Source of the DNA: an uncultured Candidatus Saccharibacteria bacterium
Lineage (GTDB): Bacteria > Patescibacteriota > 4484-211 > JAGQKX01
NCBI GenBank assembly: GCA_964392315.1
Contig: CAYMOT010000003.1
Location: 67,665 to 131,664 of the forward strand
Reading direction: 5' to 3'
DNA: 64,000 nt
Made by a program: the position numbers and the translations under genes. Below, piece by piece: positions 1-9,701 of the stretch; the stretch's first letter is position 1, and every line of letters starts with the position of its first letter. A model generated the notes under the pieces. That model searched no databases and was not told the origin of the DNA. It saw nothing but the letters and a program-made list of their open reading frames with translations.

Positions 1-16
1 AGTGAGGTAATCAAAC

Positions 17-787
17 ATGTCAGAGTCTGCACCAATTTTAAAACTTAAAAAGACGCCACAACACGTTGCATTTATCATGGACGGTAATCTGCGATGGGCA
101 AAAAAAAATAATATCTCTTCACTCGAAGGATTACGCAAAGGGCTCGGAACAATGCAGCCTGTTGTAAAACGTGCAAAACAATATGGCATCTCGTATGTTA
201 CGTTCTGGGCACTCTCCACGGATAATTGGCGCAAACGAGGACAAAAGTTTACCAATATTATCATGGACCTCATGCGAGAAAAGCTTGAGGATCTCAATCT
301 ATTCGATGACATTCTTGCTGAAGGTGGCGAATTGCATGCTTTGGGTGACATTTCTGCTTTTCCCGCTGATGTACAACAAAAAATCACAGATCGTTTTTCT
401 CAAAAACCTTCTGAAAAATACATCGACGTAAACATTGGCCTTAACTATGGTGGGCGAGCCGAAATACTACACGCAGTACGGGGTATTATACGTGACGCCA
501 GACGCCCTGAAGAGATAACTCCAGAAGTGTTTGGTGAATATCTATATACCGCAAACCAACCCGAACCTGACCTCATTGTACGTACTGGCTTTCATCAGCG
601 ATTGAGCGGCTTCCTTCCTTGGCAATCAGAATATGCTGAATTGTACTTTCCTTCGGTGTTTTGGCCTGATTTTAGTCCTGAGGAATTTGATAAAGCACTG
701 CACTTTTATAGTGAAGAAGACCGCAATTTTGGTGGAGTTTCACAAGGATTCAAAGACTACGAGACAGAAGCGAACCCTACCCAATAG
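17..787 (+). CDS. uppS: Undecaprenyl (isoprenyl) diphosphate synthase
   Basis: 256 aa. The N-terminal HVAFIMDGNLRWAKK matches the UppS HVAIIMDGNGRWA signature. A GAGGT Shine-Dalgarno lies upstream of the ATG. Confidence 0.85.
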   Translation: MSESAPILKLKKTPQHVAFIMDGNLRWAKKNNISSLEGLRKGLGTMQPVVKRAKQYGISYVTFWALSTDNWRKRGQKFTNIIMDLMREKLEDLNLFDDILAEGGELHALGDISAFPADVQQKITDRFSQKPSEKYIDVNIGLNYGGRAEILHAVRGIIRDARRPEEITPEVFGEYLYTANQPEPDLIVRTGFHQRLSGFLPWQSEYAELYFPSVFWPDFSPEEFDKALHFYSEEDRNFGGVSQGFKDYETEANPTQ

Positions 788-923
788 ATTCAGAACATAT
801 TTACAAAACGCGCAAGAGAAACACGCCTCCAGATCGAGGTGCAATCTCTACAATATATCGCTAAGTTCGGAAATAATATTTCTCCAACAAGGTGAAGATT
901 CTAAACTACACGCAAGAGGTTTT

Positions 924-1370
924 TTACATCTTCTTATGTAAAAATTCAGTATTCACCGAAAATTCTCTTGTATTCTCATTAATATAACAACACGTTATCC
1001 AAATCGTCTTTTCTGGGAGTATTTGCGGAAATTTATCTGCCCACTCTATCAACACAATGCCGTCTGCCAGATTGAATATGTCTTGTAGGCCGAGATCATT
1101 CACTTCAATATCCGACTCCAACCTATAGACATCTAAATGATGTAATTGCTGAATATGCGGGTGCTTTGTCTGGTATTGTCGCCATAGCACAAAGGTAGGA
1201 CTGGTAACCGATTCTTCAACTCCCAGTGCATTTGCTATTCCCTGTACAAATGCAGTTTTCCCTGCTCCCAGATCTCCCACCAAACCATAGACATCACCTA
1301 CATGCATATTTTTTGTTAAGTCTTGAGCAATCTCAAACGTGTCTTGTAGAGAAGTAGAGGTAACTATCAT
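924..1370 (-). CDS. tsaE: tRNA threonylcarbamoyladenosine biosynthesis ATPase TsaE
   Basis: 148 aa with P-loop GDLGAGKT; size and motif are typical of TsaE/YjeE. Confidence 0.75.
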   Translation of the reverse strand: MIVTSTSLQDTFEIAQDLTKNMHVGDVYGLVGDLGAGKTAFVQGIANALGVEESVTSPTFVLWRQYQTKHPHIQQLHHLDVYRLESDIEVNDLGLQDIFNLADGIVLIEWADKFPQILPEKTIWITCCYINENTREFSVNTEFLHKKM

Positions 1371-1777
1371 GCAGCGTGCTCATGTTCCTTTTTCCATTCT
1401 TTTACCTTTTCAAAAAACCAAAGTCCTATGACAATCCCAATGGAATCAACCAAAACATCCTGAATAGTTCCATTGCGTCCAGGTACGGTAGTTTGATGTA
1501 ATTCATCAATAATTGCGTACGTGAAGGTAAGGAAAGCAGCAAGAATTTTATGCGTTGTATTAAGCCTCCAAAACATCACCAGCACCGCGAACACACTAAC
1601 GTGCGCAAGTTTTCGTAATACAAAATCAAAGACTGCCAAGTTTCCTTTTAAGCTTAAATCCGGAATGCTGGAGAAATAAAATATAATACCCATCCATACA
1701 AACGGCAAAAGCCGACGGTCAATCGTGTCTAATGTTTTATTTGCAACCCCGATGAATGTCCGTTGTACTACCTTCAT
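1367..1777 (-). CDS. VanZ-like membrane protein
   Basis: 136 aa polytopic membrane protein with a VanZ-family pattern (DExHQ...GR..D region). Confidence 0.55.
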   Translation of the reverse strand: MKVVQRTFIGVANKTLDTIDRRLLPFVWMGIIFYFSSIPDLSLKGNLAVFDFVLRKLAHVSVFAVLVMFWRLNTTHKILAAFLTFTYAIIDELHQTTVPGRNGTIQDVLVDSIGIVIGLWFFEKVKEWKKEHEHAA

Positions 1778-1799
1778 TACTGCCTATCATATCATGAAT

Positions 1800-3119
1800 T
1801 CATAGGGCTCCGTGTGCATACATACTAGCTACTCGACGGATGAAATATTTTATGCCAATTCCTACCATCACAAGAATAGCTCCTATAAACGGATGATGTC
1901 CAAACGCACCAGTTTCGGGTAATACTGTTACAGCCCCTAATACCGCTGAGTCAATCGGCTGGGTCGAAACAACAATATCGTGTTGATACCGAGGCAAGAG
2001 CCGATAATCCTCATTATATTGACTTACGATTCCCTTGATCAGGGCATAATACCCTACTCGCATCTTTGGTTTATCTATCTGTGTAGTGGATTTGATATAC
2101 ACTTTGATGTCCCCACTTCCATCATTTACATAAAATATATTTCCACTCGTTGAGGAGACTTGTCCATTTACCACAATAAACCTACCTTCATGTTCTTCCC
2201 CGATTTCACCGGTAGGCACTTCAATAGGTACTGGTACACTGTGTGTTCCTAAAACTATAATGTCTTGAGAAGAATTAAGCTTCAAATACATTTCTTGAAA
2301 TGCCTGAAATATGTTTCCGGAGACTTGTACACGGGAGCCACGTTCTAGTTTTGCAACTGCCCCCTTCGCAGAGACTTTTATTCCGCTAGTTTCATCTGCT
2401 ATGTACAACACATTCTTGCCCAGCTCCTGTGGCAAAGATGTGACAAAACCTTCCAGTAATACAAACGTCCCAGGTAGCAAATCTCGTGCAGCAACAATCA
2501 TCTCCTTCGTCGGCACTGCTTCTTCGGGAAGAATATGTTCGGATTCCTCATCAGACTCTTCAAATAATTCTCCCGCAATAATATTAATAGTTCCTAGTGC
2601 AAAATCTTGATTTTTTCCTTTTTCAGATCGTATGCGTGCGACTACTCTACAACTACATTCGACGGCGGGATCAGGAATGATAATTCTCGTCACCTGTTTT
2701 ATCGACGCCTCTCCTACTGTGAACATGGGGAAATTTTCCCATGACGCATTCCATGGGATCCAACCCTGAACCGATTCACCCCATACCTTGTTCACCACGT
2801 CTTCACCATTTTGTATCATGAGCTTTACCCGATACCGTGTACCTACTTCACCCGTAATGATAGGCTGCAAGGTGACTTCTTCTCCAGCAGTTACAACTTC
2901 TGGAATATCAATACCAACGTGCAAAGTTTGGGGGGTAGGTACTGCTACAGACGTGGGAGTGCTTACAAGAGGTGGCGATAGAATGGCTTCAGCTACTGTG
3001 GGAACTGGCGAAAGTGTAGAAAATTCAGTACCAAACACCTCTTGTGCCTTCACTGAGGGAGCACTAAAAATATCAATTAAGAAAACCAATACAAAGAAGA
3101 TACAAAGTAGTTGTCTCAT
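1800..3119 (-). CDS. LPXTG-anchored cell-surface protein
   Basis: 439 aa. N-terminal signal peptide MRQLLCIFFVLVFLIDIFSAPSVKA. C-terminus is LPETG + hydrophobic segment + RRV, a sortase sorting signal. Confidence 0.7.
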   Translation of the reverse strand: MRQLLCIFFVLVFLIDIFSAPSVKAQEVFGTEFSTLSPVPTVAEAILSPPLVSTPTSVAVPTPQTLHVGIDIPEVVTAGEEVTLQPIITGEVGTRYRVKLMIQNGEDVVNKVWGESVQGWIPWNASWENFPMFTVGEASIKQVTRIIIPDPAVECSCRVVARIRSEKGKNQDFALGTINIIAGELFEESDEESEHILPEEAVPTKEMIVAARDLLPGTFVLLEGFVTSLPQELGKNVLYIADETSGIKVSAKGAVAKLERGSRVQVSGNIFQAFQEMYLKLNSSQDIIVLGTHSVPVPIEVPTGEIGEEHEGRFIVVNGQVSSTSGNIFYVNDGSGDIKVYIKSTTQIDKPKMRVGYYALIKGIVSQYNEDYRLLPRYQHDIVVSTQPIDSAVLGAVTVLPETGAFGHHPFIGAILVMVGIGIKYFIRRVASMYAHGAL

Positions 3120-3180
3120 ATCTCCACGATATATACATTAATATACAATGCTACGAAAGAATGTCAACAGCTGAAATTAC

Positions 3181-4506
3181 CTACCTCGCTTGGAGATGCC
3201 AATAAATAGTTTTTGTCCCGTCGGAATGATCTATCCTCACTCCAACACCACGTGTACCGGTTAACGAACAGGGGGTACCTTCTACCACCGAATACGCTGT
3301 ACCGGCTTTCGCCGCAAGAACGGGCGCCCCTTCCCCCGGCAATAGACTATCCGTTATATCAATACCGTTGTGTCCAGGCATCCCAAAGACACTCATATAC
3401 CATTCGTAATTTTCACCATAATTTTGCGAAACTCGCGGCGAGGCAAGTGGCCACTGTAATTCTCCGGAATCGAGGTAGGGGCGAGGGTTGACTGCAATGT
3501 TATTAATGTAATAGCCAAAATGCACATGCGGACCAGTAGAGCAGCCAGTATTTCCCAGATAGCCTATTACATCCCCCGGCTGGACAGTACCCAAGCTCAC
3601 TCCTTTCGCTGTTAGTGCTGCACGAATTGCTGCAATTTCCGATTCTATTTGCTTAATGAGTGTCTGATAATTTTTCTCTTCATTTTTGGTTTGTGCGAGT
3701 AGCCAATTCTGGGTTGACTGCTGCTTGCTCAGTGCTGCTTTCTGATTCTCTAAATAGGTACGTTTTTCCTCTAGCTGTGTTCTGAGCGTTTCTTTCTCAT
3801 TTTTGAAGGTCTCTAACTCTTGTGTACGTTTGGTATATTCGTCTTTTGTATCTCGAAGTTTATCCAAAAAGCGCATGTCTTCCTCCTGGAGACGCTCCAA
3901 ATAGGCGAAGCGCAGAACTGCGTCGTTGATATCTTCACTCTTCAAAAACACACCAATCTTTGGGACGAACTCATTCTGGTACGAATTTCGAACTCGCGCA
4001 TGATATGATCGTTCAAGCCCGCCAATACTATCTCCGAGTACACCTGTTTTAACAGAAAGGGATTCAATGTCACCTTCAAGTTGGACAACAAGTTCTTGTG
4101 TTTGGCCAATTTCGAGCATCGTGGCATTGATGTCGTATTCGGTGTATCGAATAAGGGTTGAAAGATAATTTAACTCACTAACTAAACTCTTTTCTCTATT
4201 TTTTGCGTCCTTCAATAATGCCTCAAGTCGTGCTCTTTCTGAACGGATATCCTCCAACCGCTCATACTGCTGCTGCACCGCATCAGTACCCAACAAATCT
4301 TCAATATGGTCCCCATCGTGTGCAAAGATCTGTCCGACTACGCCCGTAACAAACAACCCAATGCTTACTACACATACAACCAGTCCTACTACCACTGCAT
4401 GTGCATATTTGTTTATTTGTGTATTAGAGTATTTGCGTATTTGCATATTTGCCTGCCTGCGCAAACAGGCATATTTCTTAGACTCTGAGATGCTTCCAAA
4501 TCGCAA
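3181..4506 (-). CDS. Coiled-coil M23 (LytM) peptidoglycan endopeptidase, EnvC/PcsB-like FtsEX partner
   Basis: 441 aa. N-terminal TM segment, a long coiled coil, and a C-terminal M23 domain with intact HVHFGYY (HxH). It lies downstream of ftsE-ftsX on the same strand. The annotated N-terminus runs through a TATTTGCR repeat, so the true start is probably an internal Met. Confidence 0.8.
   Translation of the reverse strand: MRFGSISESKKYACLRRQANMQIRKYSNTQINKYAHAVVVGLVVCVVSIGLFVTGVVGQIFAHDGDHIEDLLGTDAVQQQYERLEDIRSERARLEALLKDAKNREKSLVSELNYLSTLIRYTEYDINATMLEIGQTQELVVQLEGDIESLSVKTGVLGDSIGGLERSYHARVRNSYQNEFVPKIGVFLKSEDINDAVLRFAYLERLQEEDMRFLDKLRDTKDEYTKRTQELETFKNEKETLRTQLEEKRTYLENQKAALSKQQSTQNWLLAQTKNEEKNYQTLIKQIESEIAAIRAALTAKGVSLGTVQPGDVIGYLGNTGCSTGPHVHFGYYINNIAVNPRPYLDSGELQWPLASPRVSQNYGENYEWYMSVFGMPGHNGIDITDSLLPGEGAPVLAAKAGTAYSVVEGTPCSLTGTRGVGVRIDHSDGTKTIYWHLQAR
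4400..4478. repeat. TATTTGCR octamer tandem-repeat element
   Basis: gtttatttgt gtattaga gtatttgc gtatttgc atatttgc in the ftsX/M23-peptidase spacer. Confidence 0.6.
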
Positions 4507-5368
4507 GCATACTGCCAGTTATACCGAGTATCAAGCCGAGCAGCAGACTCCCCCCAAATACGTATGCCACAAACAAATGCATAGTATCGAATAGCTGCAG
4601 GCCAGAAACCAACTCGCTACTAAATTCTTGTGCATACGGCAAAATCAAATAAATCGCGACCGTAGAGATTGTCGCAGAAATTACCGCGTAGAGCATACCA
4701 TCAAGCAAGAACGGCCAACGGACATACCCTGTTGAAGCGCCTACCAGACGCATCACTTCAATTTCTTTTGAAAACTCGCGAATACTCAAGGAGAGCACTA
4801 TTAGAAGAATCAAAATAGACATAGCCAAAAGGTACACAGAAAAGCCAAAACCGACAAAACGTATTCGCTGCGTCCAAAGCTCAAATTGCTCGGCGACATC
4901 TTCTTGATAAAGCACATCCTCAACCCGTTCATCATCAGCAAGCCGTTCAGCAAGCAACTTGAGATCATCCAAATCACGCGCCGAGACACTCAATGACGCA
5001 GGGAGTATGTCTGCGGTAACAAATTCGAGGGCGTTCGGATCATCAATATGTTGCTGTCGAAATATTTCCAATGCTTCTTCTTGTGAAATATAACGAACGT
5101 GTTCTGCCGTGTTTTGGAGTTCAAGCTCACGCTTCACGTTTAAGATATAGTCTTCCGAAGTATTCTCCATGAAAAACGCAGTCACTTCGAGACGATTCTC
5201 GAGATACACAAGTATCCGGTCCGATGAATACAGCAATACACCGAGCAGAGAGGTGATAAACAGGGTAAGTACCATCACCAAAACCGCAGTCACACTATGC
5301 CATGGATTTCGCACAATGTGCTGCAAGCTGTTTCTAAAAATTCGGGCAGTTGTAGTAAAAAGAGACAT
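4478..5368 (-). CDS. ftsX: Cell division permease FtsX
   Basis: 296 aa with four TM helices and a large extracellular loop after TM1; adjacent to ftsE. Confidence 0.8.
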   Translation of the reverse strand: MSLFTTTARIFRNSLQHIVRNPWHSVTAVLVMVLTLFITSLLGVLLYSSDRILVYLENRLEVTAFFMENTSEDYILNVKRELELQNTAEHVRYISQEEALEIFRQQHIDDPNALEFVTADILPASLSVSARDLDDLKLLAERLADDERVEDVLYQEDVAEQFELWTQRIRFVGFGFSVYLLAMSILILLIVLSLSIREFSKEIEVMRLVGASTGYVRWPFLLDGMLYAVISATISTVAIYLILPYAQEFSSELVSGLQLFDTMHLFVAYVFGGSLLLGLILGITGSMLAIWKHLRV

Positions 5369-5370
5369 AG

Positions 5371-5460
5371 GACAATTAAGTAATTATCTAATAAACTAAT
5401 ACACAAATAATCCAACTGCTTAATTCGCCTATTAGATTATTTGTATATTTGTCTATTACT
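5371..5460. repeat. AT-rich intergenic repeat element related to the TATTTGCR family
   Basis: attagattatttgtatatttgtctattact between ftsE and ftsX; shares attagattatttg with the 7684 copy. Confidence 0.5.
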
Positions 5461-6130
5461 CATATTTCCCCACCTTATCTCTTACCACCTTTCCATCTTC
5501 AATCCGAACGACACGTTTTTTTAGTTTATCAACAATTCGATCATCGTGCGTTGCCATAATGACCGTAGTACCCCATTCGTTTATTTGCGAGATTAGTTCC
5601 ATAATCTCTGCGGCATTTTGAGCATCAAGATTACCTGTTGGCTCATCAGCCAAAAGCACATCCGGCTCATGCACCAATGCACGTGCAATAGCTACACGTT
5701 GTGACTCACCCGTTGATAACTCATGAGGAAACGATTTGAGCTTATCAGCAAGACCAACTTTTTCAAGCATAAATGGTACGAGTTCTTTTATTTCCGCCTT
5801 AGATTTTCCTGCTACTTCCAGTGTCACCGCGACATTCTCAAACACCGTGCTACGCGTAAGGAGTTTAAAATCCTGAAACACGACACTGATTCTTTGACGA
5901 AGCCAGGGGATTTTCCTCCGTGGCAGGCGTGTGATATCTTCTTCCTTAAAAAACACGCCCCCTTCAGTCGGCCGATCCTCACGGGTCAAAAAACGAAGCA
6001 GCGTCGTCTTTCCCGCTCCTGACGGACCTACTAAGAAAATAAACTCGCTCGGCTCCACGGTAAATGAGACTTTTTTCAGTGCTTCAAATCCGTTGGGATA
6101 TGCTTTGGTAACTTTATCGAAGGTAATCAT
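5456..6130 (-). CDS. ftsE: Cell division ATP-binding protein FtsE
   Basis: 224 aa ABC ATPase: Walker A GPSGAGKTT, ABC signature LSTGESQR, Walker B LLADEPTGNLD. Confidence 0.85.
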   Translation of the reverse strand: MITFDKVTKAYPNGFEALKKVSFTVEPSEFIFLVGPSGAGKTTLLRFLTREDRPTEGGVFFKEEDITRLPRRKIPWLRQRISVVFQDFKLLTRSTVFENVAVTLEVAGKSKAEIKELVPFMLEKVGLADKLKSFPHELSTGESQRVAIARALVHEPDVLLADEPTGNLDAQNAAEIMELISQINEWGTTVIMATHDDRIVDKLKKRVVRIEDGKVVRDKVGKYE

Positions 6131-6170
6131 ACATACATGATATCGAGGAAATTCACCTGCCGCAACCTCA

Positions 6171-7277
6171 CTATTCTTTTAACGAGGCTTCTATAAATCC
6201 ATCCAAATCACCATCTAATACCCCCTCTGTATCACTCGTTTCATACTCAGTACGATGGTCTTTCACCATTTGATAAGGGTGCAGTACATAACTTCGGATT
6301 TGGTTTCCCCAGCTGGGAGCTTTATAACTCCCCTTCTCTTTTTGAAGTTCTTCTTCCTGCTGTTCCTCACGCATCTGTAACAGTTTCGAATGCAGCATCT
6401 GCATTGCTATTTCACGATTCCGTTGCTGATTTCGCTCTTTGTCGACACGTATGGTAATGCCCGTGGGTTTATGCGTCAACCGGACTGCAGTCGCGACTTT
6501 ATTAACATTTTGGCCCCCCGGACCTCCTGAGCGTGACGCCGTAAATTCGAGATCGTCTTCGTGGATGTCGATATCACCCGCAGACTCAATGAAGGGGACC
6601 ACTTCCACTAGCGCAAATGACGTCTGACGTAAATTATCTGCATTAAATGGACTCAGACGTACAAGCCGATGCGTACCCGCCTCATGCTTTAGTAAACCAT
6701 AAGCAAATTTACCCGTCACCTGATATGAGAGTGACTTAAATCCAGCCTCTTCTCCTCGGACTTCATCCAACTTTTCTATCTTCCAGCCTTTTCGATCAAC
6801 GAACCGCTCGTACATACGAGATAGAATGGCAACCCAATCCATTGCTTCTGTTCCACCTTGACCAGAATGAATCGAAAGAATTGCCGCATTAGTGTCATAC
6901 TTACCTCCGAGATACAGTTTAATTTCCAAATCTCCCAATCGTCTTTCAATGGTGCGCACGTCACTCTCCAAAGAAGCAACAAGTGCATCATAATCAGCAT
7001 CTTGTACCTGCTCACCCTCACGATCAGCCAAATCTATGAATGCGATATTCTCTGCGACTTTTTCTTTGATCTCTTGAATCTCGCGTACTTCTTTTTGTAG
7101 ATCGGACAACTCCTGACTGAGGTTTTGTGCGTGTTCTCGATCATCCCAAAATCCAGGCTTTAACATCTCGGCTTCAAGTGAGCGGATCTCGGATTGTTTT
7201 GCCTCTACATCGAGACGGCTCGCAAGCGTATCGATACGAGATTGAAGTTCGTGGAAAGAATCCTTCAGGTGTTGCAT
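6171..7277 (-). CDS. prfB: Peptide chain release factor 2
   Basis: 368 aa with the SPF tripeptide (RLSPFNADN) and GGQ ([11 protein letters not shown]). The frame is uninterrupted, so there is no programmed +1 frameshift. Confidence 0.85.
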   Translation of the reverse strand: MQHLKDSFHELQSRIDTLASRLDVEAKQSEIRSLEAEMLKPGFWDDREHAQNLSQELSDLQKEVREIQEIKEKVAENIAFIDLADREGEQVQDADYDALVASLESDVRTIERRLGDLEIKLYLGGKYDTNAAILSIHSGQGGTEAMDWVAILSRMYERFVDRKGWKIEKLDEVRGEEAGFKSLSYQVTGKFAYGLLKHEAGTHRLVRLSPFNADNLRQTSFALVEVVPFIESAGDIDIHEDDLEFTASRSGGPGGQNVNKVATAVRLTHKPTGITIRVDKERNQQRNREIAMQMLHSKLLQMREEQQEEELQKEKGSYKAPSWGNQIRSYVLHPYQMVKDHRTEYETSDTEGVLDGDLDGFIEASLKE

Positions 7278-7280
7278 ATA

Positions 7281-7336
7281 ACAATAGTCGAATAGTCAAA
7301 TAATCTAATATACGAATTTACTAATTATCTACTGAC
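7281..7336. repeat. AT-rich intergenic repeat element (related family)
   Basis: aatagtcaaataatctaata...; shares aatagtcaaat with the 8873 copy. Confidence 0.45.
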
Positions 7337-7681
7337 CTTACGGGTTCTGTAAATAATTACGCTTAGTATCCTTACAATTTCTGAACACTCTTTAATATAG
7401 CGATCTAACTTTACATTAGAATATAAGCAGTTAAGTAATCTCATCCAATACAAAGTTTCATTTGCCTCTTTTTTAGCAATAGTTAGCTTGTTAATAAAGT
7501 CACGCTTAGAACTACATGCATCTGCCTCATTTGCATTAGCACCTATAGAAGTGACTGAACGTATTAGTTGTTTTTTAATGATATAACACTCCTGGGTTTT
7601 AGGAATTAAACGCGTCGTTTTAAGAGTAGAAACAATGAACGCGAAAATTCTATCGTAGATATCTATCCCCTCTCTCTCCAT
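7325..7681 (-). CDS. Four-helix-bundle protein (23S rRNA intervening-sequence protein family)
   Basis: 118 aa; the family pattern ...IRSVTSIGANANEA... and its size match TIGR02436-like proteins. Confidence 0.6.
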   Translation of the reverse strand: MEREGIDIYDRIFAFIVSTLKTTRLIPKTQECYIIKKQLIRSVTSIGANANEADACSSKRDFINKLTIAKKEANETLYWMRLLNCLYSNVKLDRYIKECSEIVRILSVIIYRTRKVSR

Positions 7682-7683
7682 CT

Positions 7684-7746
7684 TATTATTTTATTTGTGT
7701 ATTAGTCTATCCGTCAATTAGTTTATTAGATTATTTGCTTATTTAC
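7684..7746. repeat. TATTTGYR octamer-repeat element
   Basis: ttatttgtgtattagtctat...attagattatttgcttatttactta. Confidence 0.55.
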
Positions 7747-8671
7747 TTAAAATCCCCTTCATCCCCCGATGTATCATTATCCCTCCAATTAGTAACCCCA
7801 CTGCCGGTAGTAAGTACATCACTATCCCACTGCTCGTCGCAGGCAGTCCATTTACCATGTGCTCACCGAGCGTAGTTCCACCCTTTGAGGTGCTCACCCC
7901 ATCAAGAATTTGCCCCTCTTCACATCCCTTGACTCGTACAAATGCGTCACGTGTTTGATTCTCTTCACCAAGTTCTTCCTGATAGCCAAATGGTTGCACC
8001 ACAACCCGATAGTATCCACAATTTTGTGGTTGCCAGGACAATTTGAGATTCGTTCGTTCATTGGGTGCCAATGCTATCTCATCGGTGATATGCACGTATA
8101 TTGGTTTGGTACCAAGTACAACACCACCATAGGGATAGTCACCATCCTCTGGGTTGGAAGTTTGATAGCAAAATTCCTCTGCTATCAGCGCACAATCCTT
8201 CGTATCGTAATACATAGTGCGAAGCGTATCCTCGCTTACTGCTTTTATTTCTGAATCAGGCTGACCATTAATGTAGGCGGTTCTCTGGTCATACGAAATA
8301 CCATGCATGGTCGAGTTCCATAGTTCGGTTACTTTGTAGACTTTTAGCTCAAAGGTATTGGCATGGGGGTCTGGGCTGTTGTTAACCACAAGTGTACGAA
8401 ACTCCACAGTGTCAGAGAGTGAATAGGTCTGCGGAGATGGACGATACCCAAATAGCACATCAGCTCTAATCGGATTTTCTTCAAGATTAGGGGTACCAAT
8501 TGATACCTCTCCAACAAATGGGATATTCACGGCATAGATAGAGCGAGAGAAAAATGAGGTCAGTGCAAGTATGAGAATAACGCTCAGCGCGAGAGGGACA
8601 GATCGCACAAAAAACTTTGTGCTGAACATACACGCATTATAGGGCATAGTGCTCAATAAGCAAATATGCAA
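7739..8671 (-). CDS. Hypothetical secreted protein with a C-terminal LPAVG-hydrophobic-basic tail
   Basis: 310 aa. The annotated start lies in a TATTTGCR repeat, so the likely start is MFSTKFF..., which reads as a signal peptide. The C-terminus LPAVGLLIGGIMIHRGMKG resembles a sorting signal with a non-canonical LPxxG. Confidence 0.5.
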   Translation of the reverse strand: MHICLLSTMPYNACMFSTKFFVRSVPLALSVILILALTSFFSRSIYAVNIPFVGEVSIGTPNLEENPIRADVLFGYRPSPQTYSLSDTVEFRTLVVNNSPDPHANTFELKVYKVTELWNSTMHGISYDQRTAYINGQPDSEIKAVSEDTLRTMYYDTKDCALIAEEFCYQTSNPEDGDYPYGGVVLGTKPIYVHITDEIALAPNERTNLKLSWQPQNCGYYRVVVQPFGYQEELGEENQTRDAFVRVKGCEEGQILDGVSTSKGGTTLGEHMVNGLPATSSGIVMYLLPAVGLLIGGIMIHRGMKGILSK

Positions 8672-8867
8672 ATAAAAGAAAAACCCCTCAGCTTTCGCGT
8701 TGGGGTTTCTCTTTTGTAATCAGGGAGATGAGCCACTGTATGAACAAAATTCATTCAGTGGAATGTAATAATCCATTCTCAGAACATATGTTCAAAAAAT
8801 GAAAAATTACAGGGATATTATAAAGGTTAAAAGGATAAAAGTCAACCTATAGTAGTATTTAATATAC

Positions 8868-8946
8868 AAACCCCTAATAAACAAATAGTCAAATTTCGTA
8901 GCCTAACACAGTGCGTCCTGTTTTATTAGTCTATTTGTCTATTTGG
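8868..8946. repeat. AT-rich intergenic repeat element (related family)
   Basis: ctaataaacaaatagtcaaat...ttttattagtctatttgtctatttgg. Confidence 0.5.
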
Positions 8947-9026
8947 ATAATGGAAAAGAAAAGAGCCGGGCAAAGGGGATCACCCCTCGGCCCGGCCCTG
9001 CTATGTGCGGTCATTTGGTCACCTCA

Positions 9027-9584
9027 TTACTTATCATTGCCGATGAGAATCACCGGCGTAAGGGTTTCGGGCGACCATCCATAGATCGCTCCACCGCTGT
9101 CACTCCCGCGGCGGAGTGCTTCAATCGCGGACTCCGATGTCGACCAGAGCTGCTTCTCGACGACGAGTGTAATCACCTTATCATCGAGAGTAGACAAAGA
9201 AACATCGAGCGCCCAACCGTAGCTACTGCCCCGACACCAGTACCCGAAATAGTCATAAGCCCCTCTCCACGGCGGCTCAGGGGTTGGATACCCAACCAAT
9301 GAAAGGCCGGGAACGTAGACATTCCCGACTTCGGACGTCGGGATCCGAATCTCAGTCACCTTGTCAGGATTCAGGTGACACTCCACCGAAGGCATCTCTA
9401 CCTCCGGAAACCCTCGTCGCCGAGGTATTTCCACAGGCACCTGCCCACTCCCCTCATCCTCCACACGGGAGCCATACCCGTGTAGCCAGATGAGGGAGGT
9501 GCAGGAGCACAGGATGCCGAGACCAATCACCACAAGGAATCCGTATCCCAGTATCCTTGCGCATCCATCAAAAAATTGTTTCAC
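9027..9584 (-). CDS. Hypothetical membrane-anchored protein in a GC-rich islet
   Basis: 185 aa with an N-terminal TM helix. A GGAGG Shine-Dalgarno sits 8 nt upstream of a GTG start. Local GC is well above the flanks. Confidence 0.5.
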   Translation of the reverse strand: MKQFFDGCARILGYGFLVVIGLGILCSCTSLIWLHGYGSRVEDEGSGQVPVEIPRRRGFPEVEMPSVECHLNPDKVTEIRIPTSEVGNVYVPGLSLVGYPTPEPPWRGAYDYFGYWCRGSSYGWALDVSLSTLDDKVITLVVEKQLWSTSESAIEALRRGSDSGGAIYGWSPETLTPVILIGNDK

Positions 9585-9701
9585 TTAATGTACCTCCATT
9601 AACTACGTTTGAGCCATTATACCATAGCCTATAGGCTTTATGTTTTACTTAACTCTTTCAATATACTTTACACTCAACCACACAGCGACTATCATATAAT
9701 C

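Noticed and set aside
787-924. Possible bidirectional terminator between convergent uppS and tsaE
   Set aside because: Only a weak, imperfect stem (aagagg/ctcttc-like) with no clean U-tract. Not convincing.
4400-4478. Octamer tandem repeats as a possible CRISPR array
   Set aside because: Units are 8 bp, directly abutting, with no spacers and no cas genes. Not CRISPR.
5723-6140. Plus-strand ORFs inside ftsE (and similar antisense ORFs inside secA, hsdR, lysS and others)
   Set aside because: They sit fully inside strongly supported genes on the opposite strand and have no motifs. They are six-frame noise.
8943-9302. 119-aa plus-strand ORF in the GC-rich islet
   Set aside because: Antisense to 9027..9584, which has a GGAGG-N8-GTG start and a TM helix. 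The plus-strand ORF has neither.
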